A stretch of DNA of 63,609 bases, filler included, from Licmophora abbreviata (lineage: Eukaryota): assembly GCA_900291995.1 (NCBI GenBank). It is 10 parts of 10 records of this genome, joined end to end, with 100 filler letters (N's around TTAATTAATTAA, not from the genome) between each part and the next. Parts side by side here need not be neighbours in the genome. Positions count along the whole stretch, not along the records: positions 31,842 to 42,495 come from OLMU01000047.1; positions 42,596 to 54,201 come from OLMU01000048.1; 8 more parts are not named here. One strand, written 5' to 3'. Under the pieces are notes generated by a model. The model saw only the letters and a list, made by a program, of their open reading frames with translations, did no database searches and had not been told where the DNA came from. Below are positions 35,709 to 47,506 of this stretch, piece by piece (the stretch's first letter is position 1; each line of letters starts with the position of its first letter). A program made the translations under genes and the position numbers.

Positions 35709-37730
35709 TCATGGAATCCGAAGAACGAGATTGCTGCCACCCTTTTTGTGTTCGAAGAGGTGAGTTGTAGACGCCGCAGATAAACTGTACTTGCCAAGAA
35801 AGCCACGTAGATGAATCTGACCCCGATCATCGGTAACAAGATTCTCGTTTGTCGTCCACGTGTTAAAGATGCTTGTCCAAGCCTTTCCCCGACTGGTCAG
35901 CTCCCAGTTCTCGTTGTACAAAGAGCGCTGGGGATCGCAGTGAGCTTTAGGCCAGAAGCCCCACGTAATAATGCCCTTGACAGCAGGGTGGCTAAAGCAA
36001 ACAGTCAAAAAATCTCGAGTGAAATCGGCTGCCAGTGCTTCGTCCACGATACTGGTATCGAACTCCGTGATGTGAATCTTAAGTCCGAAAGCACTCATCA
36101 TATCCAGCTCGTTCAGTAAGCGCTGAGGAGGCGTTGGAAAATACTTGAAGTGGCCTTGAATGCCCAAACCATCGAGGGGGGCATGGCGATCAAGCAGATA
36201 CCGTATGTGTCGCTTATATCTCTTCTTGGGGTCTGTATAAAAGCCACCCTGGAACAGATTGGCGTAGTCATTGATGTACAACTCAGCATCGGGATCGATC
36301 GATTTTGTAAGCTCGAACCACCGCACCATCTCTTCGTCCCCTACCAAATCAGTAAACCCATCATGATACACTCGTTCGTTCATGACGTCCCAATCCTGGA
36401 CAAGACCTTTAGTAGCCGTGCAGATTTCTCGAATGTGGTCGTAGATGGCCGCTCGAAGAGCTGTCACATTGGTTCGGAGCTTCTTCACTCGGTCAGACTG
36501 ATACTTAAAGGCCGGCCATACCAGGGCATGACCTCGTGCTCGCATATTGTTGTCTCGTAGCCAGTGTAAGGCCTGTATGGTTCTATTGCGCGAGTGCGGC
36601 GATCCCTTATCCCAGTGACGAAACTTCAATCCGTTTTCCAGTACTCCCGTATTTATGGAGAGTTCTCGCAACGCCTGCCGATAGCGAACGTCGTCCGGTT
36701 CCTGGCCGAGAATGAACTCTTCCCTAATGGCAGTACCAACTCGGAATTCCAGTTGATCCAGACTAACAGACACATTGACTCCTGCCACAGGCGAAGAGTC
36801 AGCATGTCGAACCACAGTAACACTTATATCGGCTTTTCGATGCTCTTCGATACGCCGCGCAGCATCTTCTCGCCATGATGCATTTCTTTCGCGGCCGACG
36901 TACGATAAACTATCGTGGGGTAAGTCGTGAAGGTCTGTGCGATTTCCGAAATTCCAAGCTTCGATCCCACCAATCTCAAAGTCTTGCTCTACGAACCCCA
37001 GATGAAAAGCGACGGTACCTTGATCCACATCCAGGTCGTCCGCAGCGGCGCAGCGGATCCAGACGTGTCGCCACTTGCCCGGCTCTTGTGATGATGTGCC
37101 CACCAAATATCGCACGCTTTTAGTGTACGGAACAGTATTTTCCTCAAAGGTGACTTCAAACACAGCACTGACTCCAGCGCCATGAATTCCATTGTCAGGG
37201 ATGTTCCCTCCCCGGATCCAAAACCCGATCAGTAGTGCGTCACCTTTCTGAACCGGAATGATTGTTTTCTTTCCGACAAGGGCCACCCACGTGTCATATG
37301 GGAGCGTGTGAACTATGATCCTTTGGTGCGTTTTGAAGGGTAGAAAAGGAGGCGACTTAATTTCTTCAAGAGTGACGTATTCGAAAAAGAGGGACGACTT
37401 AGCAATATCATCTGATAGAAGATGAGAGTTTGCGTCCACCAGATGAAGGCCGCCGCTCGGAAGGTCATATTTTGGGTCAGGTACTGCGAACGGCTTTGAT
37501 TCAATTTCTTCTTCGTGGAATATCTTCCAGAGGATAGTATTCAGCATCAAGGATACCCAACACAGAAGAAGCAGAAGTAGAGGAAGCTGCGTTGACCGAA
37601 AGAAAGAGTTCTTTCTCGTTTTTCTCTCCGTTCGCCGGGATTTCGATCCGTGTCTTCGTTGCCTCGCATCATCTCGTCGGAAGACATCCATCATGGTAAA
37701 CGAGGCGGATGAGGAGACGTTCGGCGCCAT
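35709..37730 (-). CDS. Glycoside hydrolase family 10 (endo-xylanase-like) with CBM-like domain and N-terminal membrane anchor; intronless
   Basis: ENGLK, RGHALVW, WDVMNE (acid/base), LYINDY, GLGIQGHF, HITEFD (nucleophile), TWGFW. Confidence 0.9.
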   Translation of the reverse strand: MAPNVSSSASFTMMDVFRRDDARQRRHGSKSRRTERKTRKNSFFRSTQLPLLLLLLCWVSLMLNTILWKIFHEEEIESKPFAVPDPKYDLPSGGLHLVDANSHLLSDDIAKSSLFFEYVTLEEIKSPPFLPFKTHQRIIVHTLPYDTWVALVGKKTIIPVQKGDALLIGFWIRGGNIPDNGIHGAGVSAVFEVTFEENTVPYTKSVRYLVGTSSQEPGKWRHVWIRCAAADDLDVDQGTVAFHLGFVEQDFEIGGIEAWNFGNRTDLHDLPHDSLSYVGRERNASWREDAARRIEEHRKADISVTVVRHADSSPVAGVNVSVSLDQLEFRVGTAIREEFILGQEPDDVRYRQALRELSINTGVLENGLKFRHWDKGSPHSRNRTIQALHWLRDNNMRARGHALVWPAFKYQSDRVKKLRTNVTALRAAIYDHIREICTATKGLVQDWDVMNERVYHDGFTDLVGDEEMVRWFELTKSIDPDAELYINDYANLFQGGFYTDPKKRYKRHIRYLLDRHAPLDGLGIQGHFKYFPTPPQRLLNELDMMSAFGLKIHITEFDTSIVDEALAADFTRDFLTVCFSHPAVKGIITWGFWPKAHCDPQRSLYNENWELTSRGKAWTSIFNTWTTNENLVTDDRGQIHLRGFLGKYSLSAASTTHLFEHKKGGSNLVLRIP

Positions 37731-38355
37731 CTTCGCGATCGACAGAATATGATAGGGCACCTCCTTCAAAACGAATGAAACGTGACATTTCGAGTTATTT
37801 CGGCAGGACTCTAATAGGAGTATTGCAAGCAAAAACTCGATTTACTTATGTCCACTGGACTCAACGGACAATGCATTCCACAGAATACGATCTGCCCAGG
37901 TAGCCTTGTTTTAAAACATAAGATTTCAAAAATAAAACAATCCTCAGAACTCAATATTTTTTACGAGCGCGTGCGCGACTGAAGTCTGACTCGGACATCG
38001 ACGAACATCGGTGCGACATTTGGTGCTCGATATTGATTGGTGTCGCTACCAAAAGTTCCAGATTCCATCTTGAGGTCTGAGAAAGACACCAAAAAAATCA
38101 AACCCCACCTCGGATTTTTTTTCGATTGGGTGCAACTGCGACAGAAAACAGCCGGCGACGACACATCGATCGTTGTGTCTGCGCTCTTGTTCCCATCGAT
38201 TCAAATCGGGATCGGAAACGCTGGCCTATCCTGGGTTGATAGGTGGGACTGTTGGGTGTGCTGCTGTTGTGGCTTGAGTGTTGCACCGTAATCTAAGAAC
38301 TGCATTCTACTCCTCGGAGTGATAGAGTTCCGAATCAAGATCCTACTTCAACATC

Positions 38356-40096
38356 ATGAAGATACGGCGTTCTTCCACAATGGCACTGATGGATTCAGGT
38401 CTTTGTCGTCGTCGAATGTCTTCGCAATCGATGCTGTATCCTGCAATACTTTGCGGCCTTTTTGTGTGCAACGCTGCAGCCTGGGTCTCGATACAGACCC
38501 GAACTAAGCCACCTAAGGCGCCATTCAAGCCACTGCCTCGACACGAGGTTTCGTCATCCTCAGCAGCACACTTTTTCCCAAGTTCTTTTTCAACAACGAC
38601 TACGCAAATATCCAATTTTCGTGTGGATGGCGAGTACAGTCGAAACAACAAGAAACACCGTCGGCGTAGTCGGAAGCCTTGGCACCGCGGTGTGACCAAA
38701 TTCCTTCGCCGCCGCAAGTCTGACTCTGATGCGTCGGACGATGAGACGAAGACACACCACGCTCCGTCGCGCATGCAAATGAGTCTTCAGACGGAGCAAG
38801 AAATTATTGAGACGGATGAACCACTTTCTCCGTACTTTAGCGACGGCTTTCAGGGAAGCAATATTCTTCAGAACGACACGACCGCATTTCTTCGGGATGT
38901 ATTCACTTCCTTGTCTCCTCAAGATCTCTTTCGTGATCAAGACCTGGCTAGCTCCCAGGCTTTGAAGATTGCCGAAGATTTTCCTGTATCGCAAACGACA
39001 GACACAGCTCATTCTGACACGCAACGGCCCTTCTCCCAAGATTCGGATAGAATCCCCATATCCTCCCCGTGGATTCGCAAGCATGTCGACTCCGCCCTCA
39101 AAGTATCTCAAACCAAGTCGACGTCATCTGACAATATTGACCGCACTCGCTCAAGGATCAGAAACAAATTCTGGACGAGACTGACCCAAAAGTGGTTCCA
39201 GAACTTTTTGCTGGGCGTCATTGAGCGTCGGTCTACCGTGGCGCCGCATGGGCTTGTCGTGGAGGCACACCCACGCGGTCGCTTTGGCGGACTTGCATCG
39301 TTTCACAACAACGGACAGTTCAGATGCGATACGACGATTCATTTCGATCGTGTTGTCTTTCCCAACATCCGGCTTTCGGGAGGAGGGAAGCTCATGACGA
39401 AGCGCCTTTTGGTGAATCTACTTGCCTTTGGCAAGACTAATTGGTCGGCGGCTCCAAGATACGACAGGCCATTCGATGTGATTGCTACCAACTGTACTTT
39501 GACAGAAGACGACTTGTGGGAGTCTTCTTGTATTCGGAATGGACTAGCGAACTTACTAGTGTGTATACTGAATAATGTTGGAGTCAGCACCGTCAAGGTC
39601 AAGGTGACATCCGTCAAGATCTTGGTAAGTGGAAAACGAATTGAACGACACGATCGTCGAAAGAGGCCGAAAATCGCCCCTCACGCCCGACTTTTCTACT
39701 TTCTCCGACTTGCAGCCATCAAACAAGATTTCTTGTTCAGGCGAGGCGACAAGCGACTTTGGATCCAGCGTGCCGTTTGAAGTACGGTCAGGTCTCGACA
39801 CCGCAAGTCGAGGGCACCGTCTCACGTTTCCAGGCCTGGAAGTGTCCTTGAATCCGATTCTCGGGTTTATGCCAGTCCTTCCTGAAATAGATTTGGACAT
39901 TGGTCACAATGCCCGTTTGTTGCATGCGGAGCTAGACGGCCGGCGACGTCGCATCACGGTGAGTGCCACCACGACGGTGACACCTCATCATACAAGAAGA
40001 CTCAAGAACTATGTACAACACAGCGATTCGTATCTGGCTCAGTTCTCGTTTGATGTCGGGGAGTGGGTAACCAAGATTGGACGATTTGCAAACTAG
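38356..40096 (+). CDS. Hypothetical protein with signal peptide (possibly plastid-targeted), 2 exons
   Basis: Long ORF plus intron 39625-39715 joining to 39716-40096. AILCGLFVCNAAAW is presequence-like. Confidence 0.6.
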
Positions 40097-40234
40097 ATGC
40101 CTCACCGGATTCTGTAAAAACCACTATAAGGAATATGGTTGAAGATGTCATGAAGTCATCGGAGCATCTATAAGTAGTGCCATCAATACAACAACAAGCA
40201 CGAGCCGTCGTTGTCTGGGTCTTCTTCAAGCCGT

Positions 40235-40618
40235 CTATGAATGTGTTGATTTCGCCCCGTTTGCTATTTCCCCATCCCCAGCCTTGGTAGTTTGCGAATT
40301 CACCAGCTGCTTCCACGCAAGGCCTTCTTCGGTTCCCGCCTCTGTCGATGACCACCGATACCTCACCCACAGAATCCCGACCACAATGACAACCAACATC
40401 AAAGCCAGCAGTATTCTTCGTAGGCCGACACCTCTCGAAATTCGAGTCTTGCTTTCATCAGCTGACTGAGCTGCTGACGACAGCGGCAGTATCGGTCCGC
40501 TCTTTGTGGAGAAAACCGACGACGCGGTGGCTCCCCGTTGCTGCTGACTGAGAAGCACAGACGGCTTGACGAGCTTGTCAGCTTTGTGTCGGAGTGATGG
40601 AGCGCGTCGCGTGTGCAT
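40235..40618 (-). CDS. Small hypothetical single-TM protein
   Basis: MHTRRAPS...RRILLALMLVVIVVGILWVRY. Confidence 0.45.
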   Translation of the reverse strand: MHTRRAPSLRHKADKLVKPSVLLSQQQRGATASSVFSTKSGPILPLSSAAQSADESKTRISRGVGLRRILLALMLVVIVVGILWVRYRWSSTEAGTEEGLAWKQLVNSQTTKAGDGEIANGAKSTHS

Positions 40619-40916
40619 GATGCTTTTCTTGGAGATCTGGAATCTGATACGCAGTCCACGGAAGCGAACAAAGAAAAGAAAATGCTCAAGGTACAACAAA
40701 CAGGGTCGGAACGAAGAGAACAATGGGAGGATGGAGGGAGATGTCCATCAGTGATGATGCTTTTGTTGTATTGTGCGAGTATACAATTGCGCGATGGTCA
40801 TCGCATTTTCATTTTCATTCTTGCAATGACCATACGCGTAGTTAGGGTTAGCGATATTAGTTAGAGCAGATAGTTCATATCATAGAACCTACTAATGTAT
40901 GTTGATGGTGCGACCC

Positions 40917-42331
40917 TTATCGCTGCCTCCGCTTCAGATGAACTAAGCTCTCAACGGAGTCGGTCCGAGGAAACAGGTCGAGTAAAGTACAACTGGCTAC
41001 TCGAAATTGATCCTGGAGCCGTGATAGATCCCGAACGAGCGCCTGTCGACCGCACGAAACATAGAGCACGTGTTGAAATCCACACTCCACCGCCATATCG
41101 CAGACCTGGTCATCCAATCCCATTCGCGGTGGGTCCACCAGTAAAACCTGAAAGTCTTGCCACGATGGCGTTCCGTCCGCCCCGTCCATCTTCTCTCGTC
41201 GTTGACGGCGTGCCTTTCGAGCCCACTCGCCTGCGTCGCCATGGAACATGTGCACAGGTGTCCGACGGGGAGAAGTGTCAGCACCATCGCAGCCGTTCAA
41301 TCGACAGTTCACCGTACATGCATTTATCAGTCTTGCATCCATTTCGACCGCAACAATCACATCCAACAAGCCAGTACTGGCCAAGGCGACAGTATGGGCC
41401 CCACAGCCACAGTACAGCTCAAGCAGCCGACAGGCCACGTTGAGGTCTCGAGATATGTCTTCCAGCTGCGTAATCATCCATTGTAATGCCTGAAGCATGA
41501 CGTTTGCATTAGGATGGCAAAATGCATTCTCAGGTTTTTCATACTGCACACGAATGGGAGCCGGCGAGTCAGGCCCTCGCTGCGCTGGGGTGATGCAATC
41601 TTGTAGTCGCACGGAACCGATACTCCCCTCCGCAGTCCGACACATCCAAAGCGTGTCTCGGATCGAATCTCTCCGACCATCGCCATACACGGAAACTACT
41701 TGCTTCCTGGCGCGTCCGGTCACCTTGGTCACGTGCATCTCCGGACACAATCGCTGCGCTTCACCCGTCCATGCCTCCTCCTCCAGCGGCGCATCGTAAT
41801 GCAGTGTGACAAAGCAGTCGGACAGTGGTGAATCGTCCGCCCAGCTGGAAGCAAAGGATATACTCGTCAGATGGGATCGTATTGTCTCGTACTTGTCCTT
41901 GGAAATATTCACTGCGTCAAGAAATCTCTTCATGGCCGATTGTATGCGGTTGTTCGCGATCGGAAATGTGGAAGACTCCAACAAGACCGGTTGGTTTCGT
42001 TGACGCATGGCATACCGAAAGCAATCACTGTCGGGCGTGGTAGAAATGAGTTGAAAGCTACACCTGCAGCGATAGCCAAGAGTTTCGTCTAGAGACTCGC
42101 AAGGAAGACGCACAATGCAAGAAGCGTCTGGAAACATCGTACTACTACCAATATCGCATGTTGACACCTCCGTCATCAGATCATGTTGAGCCTCTTGCAA
42201 CTTCTTTTTGGAGTGCTCGATCCCATTTTCAGTGAGCTGCGCTTGGTAGCCAGGTAGAAATGGGGTTTTAGGAGAGCATGTAGAAAAGCATAGGTCGCTG
42301 TGGCTTTCGTGTCGCGAAGCCGTCGCCGCCA
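40917..42331 (-). CDS. trmA: tRNA (uracil-5-)-methyltransferase, TrmA-like
   Basis: YRCRCSF, LLELYCGCG, LVDPPRMGLD, LYVSC, DLFPRTDSVE. Confidence 0.88.
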
Positions 42332-42495
42332 TTTTCGTCATCGTCACACTGCGTCGCCTCTCGTTTTGATTTGTGTGATCGAGGCCGGAGTTCGGGGAAA
42401 TGTCCGATCGGATATGTGAGTTGAATCAGCGACGCGATCGTGACATCTCAAAAAAGTTCGGGAGATGACATCAAACATTCGACGGAGGAGGATTC

Positions 42496-42595
42496 NNNNN
42501 NNNNNNNNNNNNNNNNNNNNNNNNNNNNNNNNNNNNNNNTTAATTAATTAANNNNNNNNNNNNNNNNNNNNNNNNNNNNNNNNNNNNNNNNNNNN
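42496..42595. other. Artificial spacer/gap
   Basis: 44N-TTAATTAATTAA-44N. Confidence 0.97.
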
Positions 42596-43376
42596 CCAAA
42601 CATCTGTCATGAGAGGTGGAACGAGTCGAGATGGACGACAACAGAGTCGACTGATCCGTGGAAACAAGGACGGATTTGAAATTTGCACGGTTGATCACCA
42701 GAAGGGTGGTGCAGTCCGTCTTGATGCTACTATCAAGTACAAGGACGATGGACACGAGGTGGGAGTGTATGCGCATGAAGATCCATCATTTCAGCATGAC
42801 AAGTACTTCAAGGTCTATCAGCCGCAGGAAGGAGACGAAGGCTACATGTGTGGACCCGAAGAAGAGGATCTCTGTGTAATCAATGATGAGGTCGTGACGA
42901 TGGATACGCGAATTTGGTGGCGATTGAGCAGCGGGCGGGTGCTGGGTGTGTTGAATGGGATGCTTCTTGAATATGACTCGTCCACGCTGGCCCCCTTGGG
43001 GCTGGTGGTACCTGCTGAGGAGCTGCTGGGCAAGGTGATTGCGGTTTGTGACTCTGGCACTGAAGAGTGCATCATTGATTTTGAAAACACAGGCATGGAG
43101 GGTGCTGATTGCGAAGGATACGAGGAGCGGGAGCAAGCTGTTATTTATCACGATTTGGATGGCAGCAACATTGTCGTGATCCAGCCGAACGAAGACGATG
43201 GCTCCTACTGGAGGAAAATTGTTCGGAACAAGATTGCAAGAATGAAGGAGCGCCGTCGAGAGGAGGCTGCCTTGAGGTACGCCGGAGAAATGCTTTCATT
43301 GGAGGAAAAGACGGCCAAGAAGAAGATCGTGTCCACTTGGGGTCCCTATACATCTACCGCTGGCAACGCCTTGTAG
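42596..43376 (+). CDS. Hypothetical protein, probably 5' truncated
   Basis: 255-aa ORF open from the gap edge. No recognised family. Confidence 0.55.
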
Positions 43377-43741
43377 GCTGCTATCACCTTACACACTCTA
43401 GAGCGAGAGCGCTAATAATTCTAGACCCGTAAAGGTAAGATCAAAACTGCTCAGATCATAGGGCGACATGTAGCATTCGAACCTTTCTCAAGAGTCTTGT
43501 ACTCACGTAGAGTGAATCGATTAGTATGCGGTATTATGGATAGCTCGTCTCGACGCCGTCTCCTGTGCGCCTGGCCGTCATAAGCCGCCGACCCGCTCGT
43601 GCAGCCGAGAAACGCGCGACGCCGGCGAGACGGCGCCTGATAGGACACGAGACACAAAGTCGCGAGCAACACCAAGGAGTGATCTTGTCTCGTTTACTTG
43701 CCTTCCACTTTCCTCCTCGGTCTTTTTACCAGTAGTTTACA

Positions 43742-44053
43742 ATGGAGGGCGATGCTGATGTCCCGAAATATGTCAAGTTGGTTAGTGCCGAAGGCCACGA
43801 GTTTTTTCTGGACCGTTCCATTGCGGTCGCGCACAGCGCAACCATTCGTACCATGCTGGAAGGCGCTTTTCGAGAGTCGCACGAGAATGTGATAACCTTT
43901 CCAGATATTTCCGGATACATTCTGGAACGAGTAGTGAAGTATCTTCTGTACAAGCAGCAGCATAGCAACTCCAATACAAGAATTCCTGAGTTCATTATAG
44001 AGCCTGAGATTGCTTTGGAATTAATGATCGCCGCCAAGTATCTAGATTGCTGA
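43742..44053 (+). CDS. ELOC: Elongin C
   Basis: YVKLVSAEGHEF, SATIRTML, ILERVVKYLLYK, IPEFIIEPEIALELMIAAKYLDC. Confidence 0.95.
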   Translation: MEGDADVPKYVKLVSAEGHEFFLDRSIAVAHSATIRTMLEGAFRESHENVITFPDISGYILERVVKYLLYKQQHSNSNTRIPEFIIEPEIALELMIAAKYLDC

Positions 44054-44295
44054 TGAACATTGCGTTTTTCGGGGGATCGAGCGTAAAGATCTTGCTGCTT
44101 TCATAGTGACACACGTCCAGTACAAGCAGTCCGAGCCCTAGTCGTCAAAGGCAGGATAGAAATGAGCGGTAGACTGTGGTTACGAGATTTATGCATCTAC
44201 TGTACCGAGATAAGTTAGCTATATGTCATCAGAGCATACCGGTAGACTCCATCGACAAACTAAAGGCTGCCTATCATCACTTTTGATTTTTCATT

Positions 44296-45602
44296 TTAAG
44301 AATCGCTGTCCTCATTCACTGTGCCGTGGTATCTTTGCATAATGCGGACTGCGTCTTCGACACAAGCAATACCCATCGAAGCGAACCAGGGCGACTGTGA
44401 TAGCATTTGCGCTGGCATTCGTTTCTCTTTCAAAACAAAACAAAGTAAGAACGCGCCGGATGACGATTCAGACAACACGTTCTAGCGGCACCTCGCATAC
44501 CTGGTTCTCGCTGCAGACAAGCCCTGACAAGTTCCTTTAGGCCGCTCGGGACGAAAGGGGGTATCCAACCAGGCGACGACAATGTGTCCTCGATCGTGAT
44601 GATAAGCTCGACCTACGTTCTCAAAAAGACCAAAGATATGCTGTTAGTGGACACAAAGTCTTGTCGCAAGATCCGACCACTCGCAAGCACCGTTCAAACA
44701 CACCATTGAGTTCGCCTCGTGCCACGGTATTTGTCCCGTCGCCAACTCCAACAGGAGAAGACCCAAGCTCCAGACATCACTGGCAGATCCATACGGTTGG
44801 GCACGTAGTCGTTCAGGCGCCATATACCGCGTCGTCCCAACCATCGTAGTATTCAGAGCGGCTTCGCTTCGGATCGACGCAAGCCCAAAATCAGACAGGT
44901 TGACTCTTCCGTCAGAATGCAGCAGCACATTGCCAGGTTTAATATCGCGATGTAGCATATTCTCGTGGTGTAGATATCCTAGACCCCAGGAGAGCTGATA
45001 GGAAACGGCAGCCAGGACTTGTTGTGGGAACGGGAAGTGGTTGGAAAGAGTGTTATGTCGTACGACATGGTGGAGAGAGCCACAATCAAAGTACTCGAGT
45101 ACCTGCGCAAGAAGCAAGGAAGAGAGATAGATGAGAGACGAGAAGAGCAAAGGATTAAGCTTCTCGAATTGAACTTCATACCAGTGTGACCATATCTTGA
45201 TCCAGAAAGGCGCCCACGAGTGCCATCAGACAATCGCACTCGACGCGACAGAGTGCCGTGAGCTCCTTCAAGAGCATGTTTCGACGTTCTCGCGAGACAT
45301 GCAGCGGGAACTGCTTTAAGGCAACAATCTTCTTGGTCGTATCCTCCAATATCCACTCCGCTTTCAGCACCACACTGCAAGCACCCTTGCCTAGCGGACC
45401 AATGACACGCAAGGACGACGGCATCAACGAGCCTCGTGTCACAGTCTTGCCTTCGAGCCTCAAATAATCGGCCCCGATCGAGATGCCCTCCTGTCGAAAC
45501 GATGTACTACCCATATGATACGCATGCTCATCGTCCTCCTGTTGTATCGGTTCGTCCAAAGCGTCGTGAAGGTTCAGCGGTGGCGGGCGCTTCATCCTCA
45601 TG
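44296..45602 (-). CDS. MAP kinase kinase (STE7 family), 4 exons
   Basis: N-terminal docking-like KRPPPLNL, GKGACSVV, HRDIKPGN, DFG..S-x5-T..VGTTRYMAPER. Introns at 45103-45181, 44613-44703 and 44427-44500. Confidence 0.87.
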
Positions 45603-45812
45603 GTAAAAAGTTGGATTGATTGAGATTTTGATGAAAACACTACTTCAAATCTCGGTCAAAAGGTTTCGTAAAAAATATTAAATATTTGTTGAAAACTTGA
45701 GATTCTACAAGTAGTTTGGCTAGTTTTGATATTTCGGCTAATTCCAGAAGTCAACGCATGATGTGATTCTTATGTGCGCCGGCTGTGATGACAATGATGC
45801 CTTCCGACCACC

Positions 45813-47434
45813 ATGGACCATGATCGATGGGACGCCGCAGCATTGATTTCTAATATGCCAAGTGACGATGCAACGTCACCATCTTCAAAGAAAGATCCTC
45901 CCCCGGTGGATCGCTATAAGTATGATATGGAACAAGCGCAGGCAATGAGAGCCAGATTAGGGCGGTCGGACTCCACCGGGTCGTCTCCGAGTCGTGATGA
46001 AGATGATGTCCATCTGGGCCTTCGCGGGTTAGACGAAGCCGAAACGCTTCTGGAACGTGATGAGCTAGAGGGAGCGTTGAAACTGTATGAGCTGTCTATA
46101 GAATTGCTCTTGAAGTATCTTCGAGAATCCCCAAGGAAGAATCGGCGGTATGACAATGGGACGATTGCCGAGCGAGTTTGCGTCGCCCTCTCGGATGCGG
46201 AACGTATCAAGGCCAAATTATCGAAAGGCGGAAGATCTCCTCAGAGTGCCGCTGAACCTTCCATTGAAACACCTAGAAGAGTGAAGGAATTGACTGTTTC
46301 GTTCGAATCCATTTCGTCGTCTCTTGCATCTGCACTTGCTCGAGTCACTGTGGATGATAGACTGAAGCAGTCCAAAACGAAAAAGTCTTCAAATAATAAG
46401 TCCTCGTCTCCTCGCCGACGCACAAGGATGGATTACGATAACGACCCGTTGGTTCAGATCATTAAAAATGATTTGTACGTTGATCCTTCGGAGCTGCAGT
46501 CAACCACCTGGGACGACATAGCTGGACTCGAGCGTGCAAAGCAGGCGTTGCAGGAGTCTGCAATTATGCCCCTGGTAAGACCAGACTTATTCACTGGACT
46601 GCGAAAACCGCAGAACATACTCCTCTACGGCCCACCTGGCACAGGAAAGGTACGACATACACATGACATGCTTGCGCTCCTGCCCTCTATGCTCGTGTAC
46701 CATCAAGCTCATATTCTTGCCTTGTTTGTGCAAAGACGATGCTTGTTCGTGCCGTCGCGCATAAGAGCAGTTGCCTGCTCTTTGCTTGTAGCGCGAGCTC
46801 GCTGACATCAAAGTGGCACGGCGAAGGAGAAAAGTTAGTTAGAACCCTGTTTCAAGTTGCACATGATGTAGCGCCGTCAATATTGTTTCTTGACGAGATT
46901 GACGCGCTTCTGTCATCACGACGCAATGAATCGGAGCACGAGGCGAGCCGCAGGTTTAAGACAGAGTTTATGACGCAGATGGATGGAATTACCGGCAATG
47001 ATGGAAGTGGTGAGGATTTGGTGCTAGTGTTGGGATGTACAAATTGTCCGTGGGACATCGACGAGGCCATCCTTCGCCGGTTCCCACGACGAATTCAGAT
47101 TCCTCTGCCGGACGCCGAAGCACGTCGTGCAATGTTCGGCAAGCTTTTGAAAAGAGCCGGGCGCCACAGTCTGACAACAAGCCAAGTTCGGAAGCTAGTG
47201 AGACGAAGTGAAGGATTCTCATGCTCCGATATTCGCAGCATCGCATCAGAAGCGTCGTTCGGGCCCATACGATCTTTGGGAGGAGTTGACGCGATTCGAA
47301 AGGCCAAGGAATCAAAGATTCGCCCAGTTTCAATGGAAGATTTTGAGAGCGCTTTGCAACAATCGACTAAGAGCGTTACACCAGCGCTACTAGCAAAGTA
47401 CGAGCAGTGGGAACATCAGCAGGCTGCGTCGTGA
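45813..47434 (+). CDS. MIT-domain AAA ATPase, spastin/fidgetin-like, 2 exons
   Basis: MIT-like [67 protein letters not shown]. Intron at ~46650-46735. Confidence 0.88.
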
Positions 47435-47506
47435 CTTATTTACAGTAGTAACAGCCGCATTCATCCATCACATATAACTCTTTACAACAAGGACACATTC
47501 AATTCG

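Noticed and set aside
6331..42331. Apparent cluster of RNA-modification genes (PsuG/K, MiaA, TrhO, TrmA)
   Set aside because: They are spread over different assembly segments and interleaved with unrelated genes. No evidence of a functional cluster.
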